64,000 nucleotides of DNA. Source: Bacteroidota bacterium (GTDB lineage: Bacteria; Bacteroidota; Bacteroidia; AKYH767-A; OLB10). The notes below the pieces were generated by a model. That model had not been told where the DNA came from and did no database searches. It was given only the letters and a program-made list of their open reading frames with translations. Below, one piece after another: positions 30,967-41,423 of this stretch. The stretch is taken from positions 795 to 64,794 of the forward strand of contig JAKPPP010000195.1 in NCBI GenBank assembly GCA_029547265.1, read 5' to 3'. The first letter of the stretch is position 1, and every line of letters begins with the position of its first letter. Both the position numbers and the translations under genes were made by a program.

Positions 30967-31458
30967 ATGCAATCTACTGCTTACATTTTATCGGGAAGTA
31001 ATCTTGGCGACAGGATGAAAATGCTGTTAGATGCAGAAGACTTAATTGAGAAGTATGCCGGCATAATTTCAGCTGAATCAAAAGTTTATGAAACCGCAGC
31101 TTGGGGAAACACCAACCAATCATCTTTTCTGAACAAAGTAATTAGAATTTCTACCCCCCACTCGCCAGAAGCATTGTTAAATATATTATTGGAAGCAGAG
31201 TTAAAATTGGGGAGAATTAGGGACGAGAAATGGGGCCCTAGAACAATAGATCTCGATATCCTGTATTACAACAATGAAATCATTAAATCCGCCATCCTAA
31301 CTATTCCACATCCAGAAATCGGTAATCGACGATTTACATTAGTGCCATTATGTGATATTGCTGCCGAATATATTCATCCGATAGTAAAGAAAAACAATAA
31401 TGAATTATTAAATCAATGCAGCGATCAGAGTGAAGTAAAGCTATTTAGTCAACCGTAA
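30967..31458 (+). CDS. folK: 2-amino-4-hydroxy-6-hydroxymethyldihydropteridine diphosphokinase
   Basis: GSNLGDR, YET.AWG, FLN, WGPRTIDLDIL, IPHP, RRF.LVPL. Confidence 0.96.
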   Translation: MQSTAYILSGSNLGDRMKMLLDAEDLIEKYAGIISAESKVYETAAWGNTNQSSFLNKVIRISTPHSPEALLNILLEAELKLGRIRDEKWGPRTIDLDILYYNNEIIKSAILTIPHPEIGNRRFTLVPLCDIAAEYIHPIVKKNNNELLNQCSDQSEVKLFSQP

Positions 31459-31460
31459 CC

Positions 31461-32114
31461 ATGAACACCTCTTTACCTTATTCGTACATTGCCATAGAAG
31501 GAAATATTGGAGCAGGAAAAACTTCATTGGCTAAAATCATGTCAACAAAATTCAATGCTGATTTAGCACTGGAAGAGTTCGCCGACAATACTTTTCTTCC
31601 TCAATTTTATGAAAACCCCGAACGATTTGCATTCCCGCTAGAAATGTCTTTTCTAGCGGAACGTTATCAGCAATTGAAATCGCAGCAAGAACTCAGCACT
31701 GCACAAAATAATTTATTAATTAGTGATTATATTTTCGAGAAATCGATGTTGTTTGCTCAAGTGAACTTGAGTAATCATGAATTGGATTTATTTAGACGAT
31801 TTTTTATGATGATAAATCAGTCGTTGAAAAAACCTGAATTGATACTTTATTTACACAAATCGACACCTGCTTTACTCAATAATATTGCTAAACGTGGAAG
31901 AGATTACGAAAAATCGATTCCAGGTGAGTATCTCGACAAGGTTACCGGACAATATCTTCATCACCTAAAACATAATCCATCAAATACAGTTATTATTGTT
32001 GATAGCGATGAATTGGATTTTGTTGAGGACCCTGCTCATTTGAGGTATCTACTCGAACTTGTTCAAAATTCCCATCCGAAAGGTATACAAAGAATAAAGC
32101 CGGATTTAAGGTAA
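31461..32114 (+). CDS. Deoxynucleoside kinase
   Basis: IAIEGNIGAGKT P-loop, L..FY, ERYQQ, KRGRDYE lid. Confidence 0.93.
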   Translation: MNTSLPYSYIAIEGNIGAGKTSLAKIMSTKFNADLALEEFADNTFLPQFYENPERFAFPLEMSFLAERYQQLKSQQELSTAQNNLLISDYIFEKSMLFAQVNLSNHELDLFRRFFMMINQSLKKPELILYLHKSTPALLNNIAKRGRDYEKSIPGEYLDKVTGQYLHHLKHNPSNTVIIVDSDELDFVEDPAHLRYLLELVQNSHPKGIQRIKPDLR

Positions 32115-32211
32115 AAATGCATAATTTAGCTACATAAAGCGCTGAAATCTGGTCATTTATCCAACTTTTAATTATTATTGCACTATCAAATCACCAAAAA
32201 ACACAATATTA

Positions 32212-33711
32212 ATGAAAATCAAGCACTTACCACTTGTCCTGTTAGTATGTATCGGCGGACAGTTGTTTGCGCAGTCGAGCAACACGAATTACGGACTTCC
32301 AAAAACGAAAGAATACGACCGTTTATCGGCAGGAGTAACAGTTGGCGTTAGTCATTTGTTAGGCGACCTTTTGAAAGGTAAACAAAACAATAATCGCTTC
32401 CTTGAGCAAGCAGAAATGAAGCCTGCTTTTGGTGCACAGTTACACTATCAATTAACTCACTCTATCGGATTACGTGCTCGAGGAATCGTATCGAAATTTG
32501 CAGGTAGAGATGCTGATTACCTTGATACATTAACAAATCAGCCAGTTACTTTAGGAGGTTCAAATCACTCATCTTCTTATCCTATCAGTGAAGTATTGGA
32601 AAGCAAAATGTTTGAAAGCTCATTAGAGATGACGTATAACTTCGGAAATATCAGTTTCTTAGATAGAAATAAGAATTTCCATATGGTCGCAACTTTGGGG
32701 ATCGGATTATTAAATTTCGATGCAACCGTTAAAGAAGATTCAGTGGGTAGCCGTTTACTTCGTAAATCAGGTAATATCACTGAATTAATGGTTCCTGTTT
32801 CATTAGGCTTCAAATACAAAATCAACAAAGTTGATGTAGGTATGGCTTTCGAATACAGAAGAACTTTCACAGATAACGTTGACGCAACAGTTAAAACGTT
32901 CTCGGAATACGATAACTACTTAATGCTAACAGCAGGTGTTAACTATACTTTCGGAAAGAAAAACAAGCCGATGGAATGGGTTAACCCTATGGAAGTTGTT
33001 TACAACGACCTTGCTGACATGAAAGAAAAAATCGATATCCTTTCAGGAGATAAAGATAAAGATGGAGTATCTGACTTATTCGACAAAGACAATAACACAC
33101 CTGAAGGTGCTAAAGTTTATGGCGACGGGACTGCAGTTGACACTGATGGTGATGGTGTAATTGACAGTAAAGATGCTGATCCGTTTACAGCTAAAGGTGC
33201 TAAAGTTGATGCAAATGGTGCTGAAACTGATACTGATGGCGACGGAGTAGCTGATAGCCGTGACTTAGAACCCGGTACTCCTCAAGGTTCATTAGTGAAC
33301 TTCCAAGGTATTACTTTAGCTAAACCGGGTGAATTTGGTAAAGATGGCCTTTCAGGATCTGGCTCTAACGGTAAAAACGGAACAGGATTCTTGCCTAGCG
33401 TATTCTTCGATTTAGGAAGTGCAGGTGTGAAATCAATCTACCACGATCGTATCTTAGTTATTGCTAAAGTAATGAAGGCTAACCCGGATATTAAAGTTAC
33501 TATTACAGGTAATTGCGATGTAAAAGGTGGAGATAACGAAAACCAAAAATTAGGACAACGTCGCGCAGATAACGTAAAGAAAATTCTTGTTAGCGAATTC
33601 GGTATCGATGCAGCACGTTTAACAACAGAAAGCAAAGGAGAAAAAGATCCTATGGCAAGCAAGTTGAATGCGATGAATCGTCGTGTTGATTTTGCTGTAG
33701 ATCAAAAATAA
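32212..33711 (+). CDS. OmpA family outer-membrane protein with thrombospondin type 3-like Ca-binding repeats
   Basis: N-terminal barrel; DKDKDGV, DTDGDGV repeats; OmpA_C (FFD, N..LG.RRA..V, NRRVDF). Confidence 0.9.
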   Translation: MKIKHLPLVLLVCIGGQLFAQSSNTNYGLPKTKEYDRLSAGVTVGVSHLLGDLLKGKQNNNRFLEQAEMKPAFGAQLHYQLTHSIGLRARGIVSKFAGRDADYLDTLTNQPVTLGGSNHSSSYPISEVLESKMFESSLEMTYNFGNISFLDRNKNFHMVATLGIGLLNFDATVKEDSVGSRLLRKSGNITELMVPVSLGFKYKINKVDVGMAFEYRRTFTDNVDATVKTFSEYDNYLMLTAGVNYTFGKKNKPMEWVNPMEVVYNDLADMKEKIDILSGDKDKDGVSDLFDKDNNTPEGAKVYGDGTAVDTDGDGVIDSKDADPFTAKGAKVDANGAETDTDGDGVADSRDLEPGTPQGSLVNFQGITLAKPGEFGKDGLSGSGSNGKNGTGFLPSVFFDLGSAGVKSIYHDRILVIAKVMKANPDIKVTITGNCDVKGGDNENQKLGQRRADNVKKILVSEFGIDAARLTTESKGEKDPMASKLNAMNRRVDFAVDQK

Positions 33712-33738
33712 TTCAATAATAAGCTGAATAGTAATTTT

Positions 33739-33778
33739 AAAATCCCGGAACAATTAAATGTTTCGGGATTTTTTATTT
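33739..33778 (+). terminator. Intrinsic terminator
   Basis: AAAATCCCGGAACA / TGTTTCGGGATTTTTT. Confidence 0.8.
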
Positions 33779-33876
33779 CAAACGATTTCAATTTCATTTG
33801 AAATAAATAATTATTATTCAATGTTGTTTGATATGTTGAACTTAGTTTATTACATTTGTTATAGGGCAATTACTTT

Positions 33877-34185
33877 ATGAGCAAAATATCTTTCTTCTAC
33901 GACTCAAACTCTGTCTATAAGGTGAGTTTGAAAGCGCTGGTAAAGCGCGACTTTATTATTGAAGAAATGGACCAAAATACCGGGATCATAAAGGCGAGTA
34001 CCAAGAAAAAACTTTTAAAACCATCGATTAAAATCGAACTTGAAATTAAGCCTGTTTCTGATACTCAAACTTCGCTCGACATAAAATCCATTTCCGATAA
34101 ATCTTGGATTACACCTGATGAGTATGAAGCTAAAGCAGAACAGAAATTCATCAACACACTTTATAAGTGTTTCGATGCAATGTGA
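33877..34185 (+). CDS. Hypothetical protein
   Basis: 102 aa ORF in an otherwise empty interval, TACATTTG promoter at 33851-33858. Confidence 0.7.
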   Translation: MSKISFFYDSNSVYKVSLKALVKRDFIIEEMDQNTGIIKASTKKKLLKPSIKIELEIKPVSDTQTSLDIKSISDKSWITPDEYEAKAEQKFINTLYKCFDAM

Positions 34186-34197
34186 TTTTTTAAGAGC

Positions 34198-36864
34198 TTA
34201 ATCTACTTGATATAAACTCAAGCTTTTTTCATCTGATTTCACTACAAACATCATTTCACTATCCGATACAACTATCGGCGTGCTGATACCTGCTTGAGGA
34301 AAACCCTCGTATACAGTTCCGTCTCTGTTTAAGAGATAAAAACGGTTGTCTGTTACTCCGCGGAAAGTAATTAACGACTTGCCTTGTAATGTTAAAACAG
34401 ATGCATCGGTTAACTCTCCTGCATCGGTTTTATATTTAAAAATCACTACACCATCTGCTGTAGTTGCTTGAATTTCACCAGGCTTAAAAACAACAAAATC
34501 ATTTTCATTATCACCATTAACATCTATCGGTAATATAGAAGAAATATCTGTTTGCTGAGAACTGAATAAATCGGCTGTTATGCCATCGGCTTTTGCGACC
34601 TTCACTGCTCCATTTTGCGAAAACATGAATAAACTTAATGTATCGGCAGGGGCAAAAATTGCACTCTCTTTTATGTCTACTAACTTTTCTTTAAGCGTGA
34701 ACTTACGATCACCTTTTTTATCGGCGAAGAAGCATGTTCCCGATTTATCGTTTATGGTTAAATAACTAATGCCATTTAGCTTTGAAAGCCAAACCGGCAT
34801 CGGTACTACATCCTGTAATTTGATTGTGCTAAAGCCATCTAAAGGCTTTCCGGTAAACGAATATCCATATAAACGCATGTTGGAACATGGAATAAAGAAT
34901 TGTCCGTTTACGGAAGGATTTAACGGCAATAACGACATCCCGGCTGAAGCACCTGCAGGCAATCGAATAGGATAATTACCCACATTAGCTCCGGTTGAGT
35001 CTAATAAGTAAATAAACGAACCGGTATTGAAGAGGTATTGATGATTACCGGTACCGTACATATCAATGGCATTTACCTTTCCCTTAATATCACTTTCCAA
35101 TGTTTTCTTCCACTTCACTACTCCATCCCTTCCCAAAGCATATAATTGCAAACGCTCGTCTTGTGCAAATATCAAATCTCCATCTTTCACAGGAATAAAT
35201 GGTCCCGCAGAAATGATTGTATCCAACTTTGTATTCCATACTAAATGAGGACCTTTTACTCCATCATCATAATATCCCATGCAACCATTAGTATTAAATA
35301 CTCCGTCTTTGCTCGCAATATTTAATACGAGTCCGTTCCAACTCTTCAATTTCTCACTGTACTTAGCTAACCAGCTTACCCATTGAGGTGCAGCAACGCT
35401 TCTGAATATCTTTTCGCTTTGAGGAATGCTTCCATAGAAAAATAAACTTCCTTGTTGTGGCACTGCACTAACTAATGAAGAAAAACGAGGATCAGTATTC
35501 AAAAGGTTGTTTGTCTTGATATCATTAATGTATCCTCTTAACGACGAAACTTGATTCGATGCAAGGAAGTATCCATTAATGATGGTATAATAACAACGAT
35601 TCATGCGACCGAATAAAGGCCCGAATACTGCAGGAAGTACATCGGGAACAGGAATATAACGTATAGCATAGCCGTTATATGATTCTTCAGCATTTGAACT
35701 GCCGGCTACTGTTGCCGATAAATCACTCAATTGTTTCTTACATGCGGCTTCATTTTTTACATTAATAGCAGTAAAGTAATGATTGTCATTTCCTGTTGAT
35801 ACCGGCTGAGTTACGATGAGAGAAATCTCATTACCTATCCATCCGGAGAAATATTTACGATAGCCCGCATTGCGTATTATTTCATCAGGTCCTGAAGCAT
35901 TGCGATTTAAATACGATTCTAAATTCGTCAACCATAATTGAGGATCACTTATTCCCCACACAACTGCAGCTGCCGTGCGCGATGGCATAATTGAAGTTAC
36001 CTTAATCGCTACACTCTTTTGCTCACTAAATAATGATAAAAATTGAGTACTGTCGTTAACAATGGTGGTACCTTGAAAGGTAATTTGGTTAGGATGCAAA
36101 TCCATTTTAGCAATCGACCAATCCCCTACTCGCTGCAAGGCATCCATTTTAATGCCTGCCTGGACATTCAATTGCGAACTCACCCATTTGTAAAATCCTG
36201 AGTAACGAATCGCCACCAATAAACTCTTTTCTTTTCCTTCTGTGAATGGAAGCAAACGTAATGCAGGAGAAGGACTCTTAGCCGAGCGCTGCTGACGAAT
36301 GGCATCTTCTACTAAATATGGCGTAAAGCTTCCTATAAACATCCCTTTTGATACCGTCCACGAAAATGTTTGACGATCGCTGGTAGTCATTTCACGGATA
36401 TCAACTCCGTTATAATTCCTTAACTGAATGTCATCAGTTGAGTGAAGCAATGCTTTCACTAATTCATCGGCTTCACCATCGGGATTAGTTCCAACTAGGC
36501 GGATATAGAACAACTCGCTAAAGCTATTGGGACCGGTAACATGTCCTGAGATGATCAAAGGACTGTCCTTAAAAATATCCTTCATCACAGTATTGTTCAC
36601 CATCACTGAATCGAGACGAATTAAGCTCTTGTACCATGAATCAAGAACGGGAACGGAATCATGCTCCTTAAAAAATCCGGTGCGTGCTAACTGTTGTAAG
36701 TTCCCCGATGAAGGATCAACGGAGATCAACCAAGCTACATCGGATGGTACGGCATCGAAAGCTTTCGACGACTCTCCACGGTAATATTGATAGTATAGAA
36801 ACCCTCCTGCCACCAACAAAAGGATGACAACAGAAATAATCGATGAGCTTACAACGCGTTTCAT
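34198..36864 (-). CDS. Large membrane-anchored hypothetical protein (DUF3352-like N-terminus, C-terminal propeller with FG-GAP/PQQ-like repeats)
   Basis: N-terminal TM; AVPSD, W.G.EI motifs; IDVNGDNENDF, GFP repeats; TAGCTTTG at 36886-36879. Confidence 0.65.
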   Translation of the reverse strand: MKRVVSSSIISVVILLLVAGGFLYYQYYRGESSKAFDAVPSDVAWLISVDPSSGNLQQLARTGFFKEHDSVPVLDSWYKSLIRLDSVMVNNTVMKDIFKDSPLIISGHVTGPNSFSELFYIRLVGTNPDGEADELVKALLHSTDDIQLRNYNGVDIREMTTSDRQTFSWTVSKGMFIGSFTPYLVEDAIRQQRSAKSPSPALRLLPFTEGKEKSLLVAIRYSGFYKWVSSQLNVQAGIKMDALQRVGDWSIAKMDLHPNQITFQGTTIVNDSTQFLSLFSEQKSVAIKVTSIMPSRTAAAVVWGISDPQLWLTNLESYLNRNASGPDEIIRNAGYRKYFSGWIGNEISLIVTQPVSTGNDNHYFTAINVKNEAACKKQLSDLSATVAGSSNAEESYNGYAIRYIPVPDVLPAVFGPLFGRMNRCYYTIINGYFLASNQVSSLRGYINDIKTNNLLNTDPRFSSLVSAVPQQGSLFFYGSIPQSEKIFRSVAAPQWVSWLAKYSEKLKSWNGLVLNIASKDGVFNTNGCMGYYDDGVKGPHLVWNTKLDTIISAGPFIPVKDGDLIFAQDERLQLYALGRDGVVKWKKTLESDIKGKVNAIDMYGTGNHQYLFNTGSFIYLLDSTGANVGNYPIRLPAGASAGMSLLPLNPSVNGQFFIPCSNMRLYGYSFTGKPLDGFSTIKLQDVVPMPVWLSKLNGISYLTINDKSGTCFFADKKGDRKFTLKEKLVDIKESAIFAPADTLSLFMFSQNGAVKVAKADGITADLFSSQQTDISSILPIDVNGDNENDFVVFKPGEIQATTADGVVIFKYKTDAGELTDASVLTLQGKSLITFRGVTDNRFYLLNRDGTVYEGFPQAGISTPIVVSDSEMMFVVKSDEKSLSLYQVD

Positions 36865-37143
36865 TTACCGTAGTTTCTCAAAGCTACGTCAGAAGACTTC
36901 GTTAATGCACACCGTGAGTAACGCACTTATCTACATATCAATGTTAATAGCATACGCTAAATTATTAACAACTTTAATAATGCATTTTATTGATATATAT
37001 AATAACTTCTAGAGAATATAAATTAAAAGAACTCAATTAACTTGTTGAATATATTTTAATTTTAAACTACAATAACCCAAGTATTTGCCAATAAATCACA
37101 AATGCGATTGAACTTTATAGCCACTAAATAAAATGAAAAACTC

Positions 37144-37935
37144 TTAGTTTTGTATATGGTCGAATGAAAACATATCAGCATAATTATTCGAGATACTTAC
37201 TGCCGTTGTTCCACTCGCTGTGACTATAGGATTATCAACAATTGAGAGATCATAAGGGTTTTTGAAAAATTCAAGAATATCCGTTTTGATGTTAAGTTGA
37301 GGTAAGGTTGTAGTTGTAATAACAAGAGGTTGGCTGCCAAAGGAGATATCTGCCCAATGCAAAGCATAGGTATTATTAGAAGTTTTATATCCACTGATAT
37401 GGTATTGAAAAGCACTATCGATAGTTCCTGCAACAGGTGAATTTCCTTCTAATTTAACAAAGATATATCCGGTATTCCAGTCCCACACCATGCCGTTTGA
37501 TGGGTCTAAATCGCCTGTTTGAACCCCTTGAACGGTTTTAGCACTATCCACTCCAATTAGGAATCGTACACCTTTATATGAGCCTACAGGGAGTCCGCTG
37601 ATAGTTCTTTTGAAGCCTGTCTTGCCCGACTGATCAATCAAATAATAATCGGCTGGTAGAGTAATAACCGTACCGTCATCCTTTATAAAGGAGAAATTCG
37701 ATACATAATAACGTAAAGCCGTAACAGTAAAAGTCTCTCCCGATGAATTTGTATAAACCGAATCTCCGGCAACATTCAAAGGAACACCTCCGGCAGTATT
37801 ATTAAAAATAATTTTTGCTGACCCTGTTGCTGTACTGTTTCCTGTTCCTCCGGTTTGTTCATCGTCTTTCTTGCATGCCGAAAAGGCTATCAATAATACG
37901 CTAATGAATAGAAACAGGGAGTTTTGCTTTTTCAT
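37144..37935 (-). CDS. mbnP: MbnP family copper-binding lipoprotein (second copy)
   Basis: Lipobox FSAC-KKDD; YYVSN, IGVDS, GDLDP..GMVWDWNTGYIFVKLEG, YHISG. Confidence 0.85.
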   Translation of the reverse strand: MKKQNSLFLFISVLLIAFSACKKDDEQTGGTGNSTATGSAKIIFNNTAGGVPLNVAGDSVYTNSSGETFTVTALRYYVSNFSFIKDDGTVITLPADYYLIDQSGKTGFKRTISGLPVGSYKGVRFLIGVDSAKTVQGVQTGDLDPSNGMVWDWNTGYIFVKLEGNSPVAGTIDSAFQYHISGYKTSNNTYALHWADISFGSQPLVITTTTLPQLNIKTDILEFFKNPYDLSIVDNPIVTASGTTAVSISNNYADMFSFDHIQN

Positions 37936-38001
37936 GGTTGGGCTTTGTGTATTGCAATATTACGGAATAAAGCCGGCTCATCAAACTGTTTCGACCACCA
38001 T

Positions 38002-38038
38002 AAAATAAAAAGGCAGGAAACCTACTAGCCTCCTGCCT
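38002..38038 (-). terminator. Intrinsic terminator between the mbnPH-barrel operon and the second mbnP
   Basis: AGGCAGGA (38011-18) / TCCTGCCT (38031-38) with a TTTTATTTT tail on the minus strand. Confidence 0.7.
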
Positions 38039-38057
38039 GAATTCCATGGAACTATTC

Positions 38058-39032
38058 CTAATCTTTCTTTTTGAAGATAAAACTGTCTTGCGAGAAGTTA
38101 TACGTCAACCCTATTACTGATCGCAACGTAGTAAACATCGTATTGCTCGATTTTGGCTCATTTATGGCTTTTTGAGCCATAATATCAAGTGCAAATTTTC
38201 TGTAGGATACTTGAACCCCAACACCACCTAAAAGCGTTTGCATTCCTGTGCGGTTCTGCAATACATCATTCAGATATTCTCCTTTGGTTTTTTCGTAATT
38301 CACCACAAGGGATGGAAGGATTTGAAATCCGCACCCGATATCAATCTTATAGAACAAACAAGATGAAGCTGAAATACTATTTCCGATTCGCTCGTTAAAG
38401 GCATTGGTTCCATTCAGCTTACCCATTCCATTTAACATGATGCCCCATTGCTTGTAGCCCATCAGATAGGTGGCCATTATTATTGCATCATTTGAGCCTG
38501 TTCCGGGTTGATTAAGAATGGTGATGCGCTGCCCATTTCCATTATCACGATCGTCGCCGGTAGCTAACTTCACACCTGCCCCAACAATTAAGCGATGTTT
38601 TAAATCTGCCGTAATGGTATCATCTATTAAATGATATCCCGCAGTAATGGTAATGTCACCCAAACCTTCCGCAACCGTTGAAGAAGTCCCTACAACTTCT
38701 TTGTTGTTTGCATAAGGAAGTACCATGTTCAATTCGATTCGAGGATGCAGGAAATAGCGCCCACGGATTTCAGTTACCCTGAAAACTTCATATGTAGTAA
38801 CTCCTGCAGTACTATGCCCCGCATGCTCGGTTTTGAAATACGAACCATCGGGGAATAATTCGTTAGAACCTGTAAAATAATCACCTTTAAAGGCTCTATA
38901 ACGATTATAAACGGCAATAAAACTATTCTTTTCATTAGGCATTATGCCCATATATGCTCCACATACATCACACGCAGTTACTGTGGTTTCTGAGAATACA
39001 AAAACCATCAATAACATCATTATTTTTTTCAT
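38058..39032 (-). CDS. Putative outer-membrane beta-barrel ('transporter') with N-terminal CxxC
   Basis: Signal peptide ending TA then CDVCG; GLGDI, GVKLATG, QPGTGS.D motifs of the MetA-pathway-like barrel family; in an operon with mbnPH. Confidence 0.7.
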   Translation of the reverse strand: MKKIMMLLMVFVFSETTVTACDVCGAYMGIMPNEKNSFIAVYNRYRAFKGDYFTGSNELFPDGSYFKTEHAGHSTAGVTTYEVFRVTEIRGRYFLHPRIELNMVLPYANNKEVVGTSSTVAEGLGDITITAGYHLIDDTITADLKHRLIVGAGVKLATGDDRDNGNGQRITILNQPGTGSNDAIIMATYLMGYKQWGIMLNGMGKLNGTNAFNERIGNSISASSCLFYKIDIGCGFQILPSLVVNYEKTKGEYLNDVLQNRTGMQTLLGGVGVQVSYRKFALDIMAQKAINEPKSSNTMFTTLRSVIGLTYNFSQDSFIFKKKD

Positions 39033-39034
39033 TT

Positions 39035-40066
39035 TTATTGTGCTGAGAATCTTTTATCTGTGATAAAAGTTTGATCAGTTAAAGTGTTTAAGAAAGCAAT
39101 AAGTTGTGCTTTTTCTGCATCAGAAATAGCCATATTACCGCTTGAAAGCAGAGGATCTATAGTTGAACTTTGAACGATTGTTGAACGATAATGATCGATC
39201 ACTTTACTTAAAGAACCTAATCTACCGTCGTGCATATAAGGATACGACAAAACTATATTTCTTAAAGTAGGCACTTTGAATTTTCCTGAGTCGGCTGCAA
39301 GCGTTGTAATTCTTGCTCTTCCGGGATCAGTAAAATGTGCGTCAAGTCCATTATTTCGGTACGACAGATCCGTTAGTAAAGGTTCTTTATGACAAGATTC
39401 GCATTTGCTTTTGAAAATAGTATATCCACTATCTTCAGTTGCTGTAAATGTTGCTTGTCCGTTTCGAACCTGATCATATTTTGAATTTGCAGAAATCAAG
39501 CACGACATAAACTGTGAAAGAGCTCTTAAAATTCCTTGAGAAGTAATTGTATCAGTCCCATAAGCCGAACGAAACATAGAGGGATAAAACGTTGAACGAT
39601 TTAATTTAGCAATTACGCCATTCAACGTTTCATCCATTTCTACAGGATTAGTTATCGGCCCGATAGGCTGAACTTCTATATGATTTGAACCACCATCCCA
39701 AAAGAATTCACTATGCCATGCTAAATTGATGAGCGTAGGTGAATTCCTGGTTCCTAACAAATTATTAATACCGTGACTTACTTTATGATCTACTTGTGCA
39801 AATGCTCCAAACTGTTGATGACATGTACCACAATTCACCGTACTATCCTTAGAAAGAATCGGATCATAAAATAACTTACGACCTAATGCAAAACCTGCAG
39901 TTGTCACAGGATTATTTTGCAGTTGGCCGGAAGGAGCAGGAAAACCATCCGGTACGTAAAACAAAGGCTTTGGCGTTTCCGTTGTTTCATCATCAGATTT
40001 TTTACATGACGATAAAAAAGCAAATGCTAAGACAATTGTAAGACAGAAGTAGAGGTTTTTCGACAT
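39035..40066 (-). CDS. mbnH: Di-haem cytochrome c peroxidase-family lipoprotein (MbnH/MauG-like)
   Basis: LGRKLFYDP.LS, CGTCH, RNSP, FWDG, CESCH, FKVPTLRN, PYMHDG; adjacent to mbnP. Confidence 0.88.
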   Translation of the reverse strand: MSKNLYFCLTIVLAFAFLSSCKKSDDETTETPKPLFYVPDGFPAPSGQLQNNPVTTAGFALGRKLFYDPILSKDSTVNCGTCHQQFGAFAQVDHKVSHGINNLLGTRNSPTLINLAWHSEFFWDGGSNHIEVQPIGPITNPVEMDETLNGVIAKLNRSTFYPSMFRSAYGTDTITSQGILRALSQFMSCLISANSKYDQVRNGQATFTATEDSGYTIFKSKCESCHKEPLLTDLSYRNNGLDAHFTDPGRARITTLAADSGKFKVPTLRNIVLSYPYMHDGRLGSLSKVIDHYRSTIVQSSTIDPLLSSGNMAISDAEKAQLIAFLNTLTDQTFITDKRFSAQ

Positions 40067-40117
40067 ACGTCAAAGATATTAAAGAATGCAGAATGATTAA
40101 ATCTCAAATGACATCAA

Positions 40118-40918
40118 TCACTTTACATCATTATGAATATGATCTAGACTAAACATGTCTACATAATTATCGGCTAGTGTCATTGCTGCTGCACCTGGCG
40201 ACATAATCATTCCATTCGTTGCAATTGAATAATTAGTCGGGTTTTTAAAGAACTCTAATACATCTACCAACATATGAACTTCTGTTTCTCGCTTATTTCC
40301 GTCAACAATTAAAGTAGAAGGATCAAAGTCGATGTGAACGCGACGTTGAGCATTGGTATTGTTAGAGTTTTTATATCCCCCGATATGATACATAAAATCT
40401 CCACCCATACCGGCTGCAGGAGAAGTGCCTTCTAATTTCAAGAAAATATATCCCGCATTCCAATCCCAAAACATTCCGTTTGCCGGATCTAATGCTCCTT
40501 GTTGCGCCCCTGAAACATTACGAGTACTGTCGATTCCTATAGTGTATTCAACACCTTTGTATTTTCCTCCCGGTATATTTTCAAGAACAGCTTCCAAAGA
40601 AGTTGAATCCGCTTCATCAATCAAGAAAACTTGATCAGGGACATTATAAACAGAACCATCTTCTTTAATTAAAGAAACATTCGAAACATAATACTTAAAC
40701 TTAGTAACTGTAAAAGTTTCGCCGGCTCCATTGGTATAATTTGTACCTCCTGTAATATCAATATGTGTTGATCCAGCAATATTGTCGAAAGCTAAAGTAA
40801 CTTCTCCTGTAGCGTACGTGGTAGAAGTAGGAGTTGTAGTATCATCATCTTTTTTACATGATGATATAAATAAGATTGTAAAGAGTGTAATTATTGATAG
40901 GGAAATTGATTTTTTCAT
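40118..40918 (-). CDS. mbnP: MbnP family copper-binding lipoprotein
   Basis: Lipobox ISSC-KKDDD; KYYVSN, IGIDS, GALDP..GMFWDWNAGYIFLKLEG (WxW), YHIGG. Confidence 0.88.
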   Translation of the reverse strand: MKKSISLSIITLFTILFISSCKKDDDTTTPTSTTYATGEVTLAFDNIAGSTHIDITGGTNYTNGAGETFTVTKFKYYVSNVSLIKEDGSVYNVPDQVFLIDEADSTSLEAVLENIPGGKYKGVEYTIGIDSTRNVSGAQQGALDPANGMFWDWNAGYIFLKLEGTSPAAGMGGDFMYHIGGYKNSNNTNAQRRVHIDFDPSTLIVDGNKRETEVHMLVDVLEFFKNPTNYSIATNGMIMSPGAAAMTLADNYVDMFSLDHIHNDVK

Positions 40919-41051
40919 TTTGCGTTTAGTTTAATAGTAAATAGTAAATGAATGAACTCATCAACGAACAATCAATATGAAATTGATTTCGTAAGCTCGA
41001 ATTCATAAATTAATAACATGGGATTAGAATACAATCCCGAAGAAAATACTA

Positions 41052-41423
41052 TTAACCTAATGGTGGCCTAAAAAGTGTATCGGCAAAACCGTCTTCAATT
41101 TTCATTACAACGATTTTGTTCTTAACTATCGATGCGTTGGGATAGAATTGAAAACTAAAATTATCTTGAATAAAGTAAACGATTTCGCTTTTTACCGAAA
41201 ACCCGGCAGCAGGCGACTTCTCACGCTCGTCTTCTTGCTTTAATTCTTTCTTTAATGCACAAGAACCTTTACAACAGTTATCTGGTATGTCCTTCTTAAC
41301 ACATAGCTCTTTAGCGAAATAATCACGGTTTAATTCAAAGTCAATTACAATAATCGATCTACTTACCGATTCTGTTAAAATGGCAAGGATCAGAAAAAGT
41401 GCAACGATGAATTGTGATTTCAC
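41052..41423 (-). CDS. Small Cys-motif protein with C-terminal FRPP (candidate metal-sensing leader of the mbnPH operon)
   Basis: Hydrophobic N-terminus, NRDYFAKELC-x8-CCKGSC, terminal LFRPPLG. Confidence 0.75.
   Translation of the reverse strand: MKSQFIVALFLILAILTESVSRSIIVIDFELNRDYFAKELCVKKDIPDNCCKGSCALKKELKQEDEREKSPAAGFSVKSEIVYFIQDNFSFQFYPNASIVKNKIVVMKIEDGFADTLFRPPLG

Noticed and set aside
36865..37143. Hidden gene or ncRNA in the AT-rich gap
   Set aside because: No convincing ORF or stable structure; the 36824-37012 ORF overlaps the neighbouring gene and its promoter.
37144..41423. Methanobactin biosynthetic gene cluster
   Set aside because: Only mbnP/mbnH-like genes are present; no precursor peptide, MbnB/MbnC or MbnT is visible. 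The Cys-rich 123-aa ORF is too long and has a hydrophobic N-terminus, unlike MbnA.
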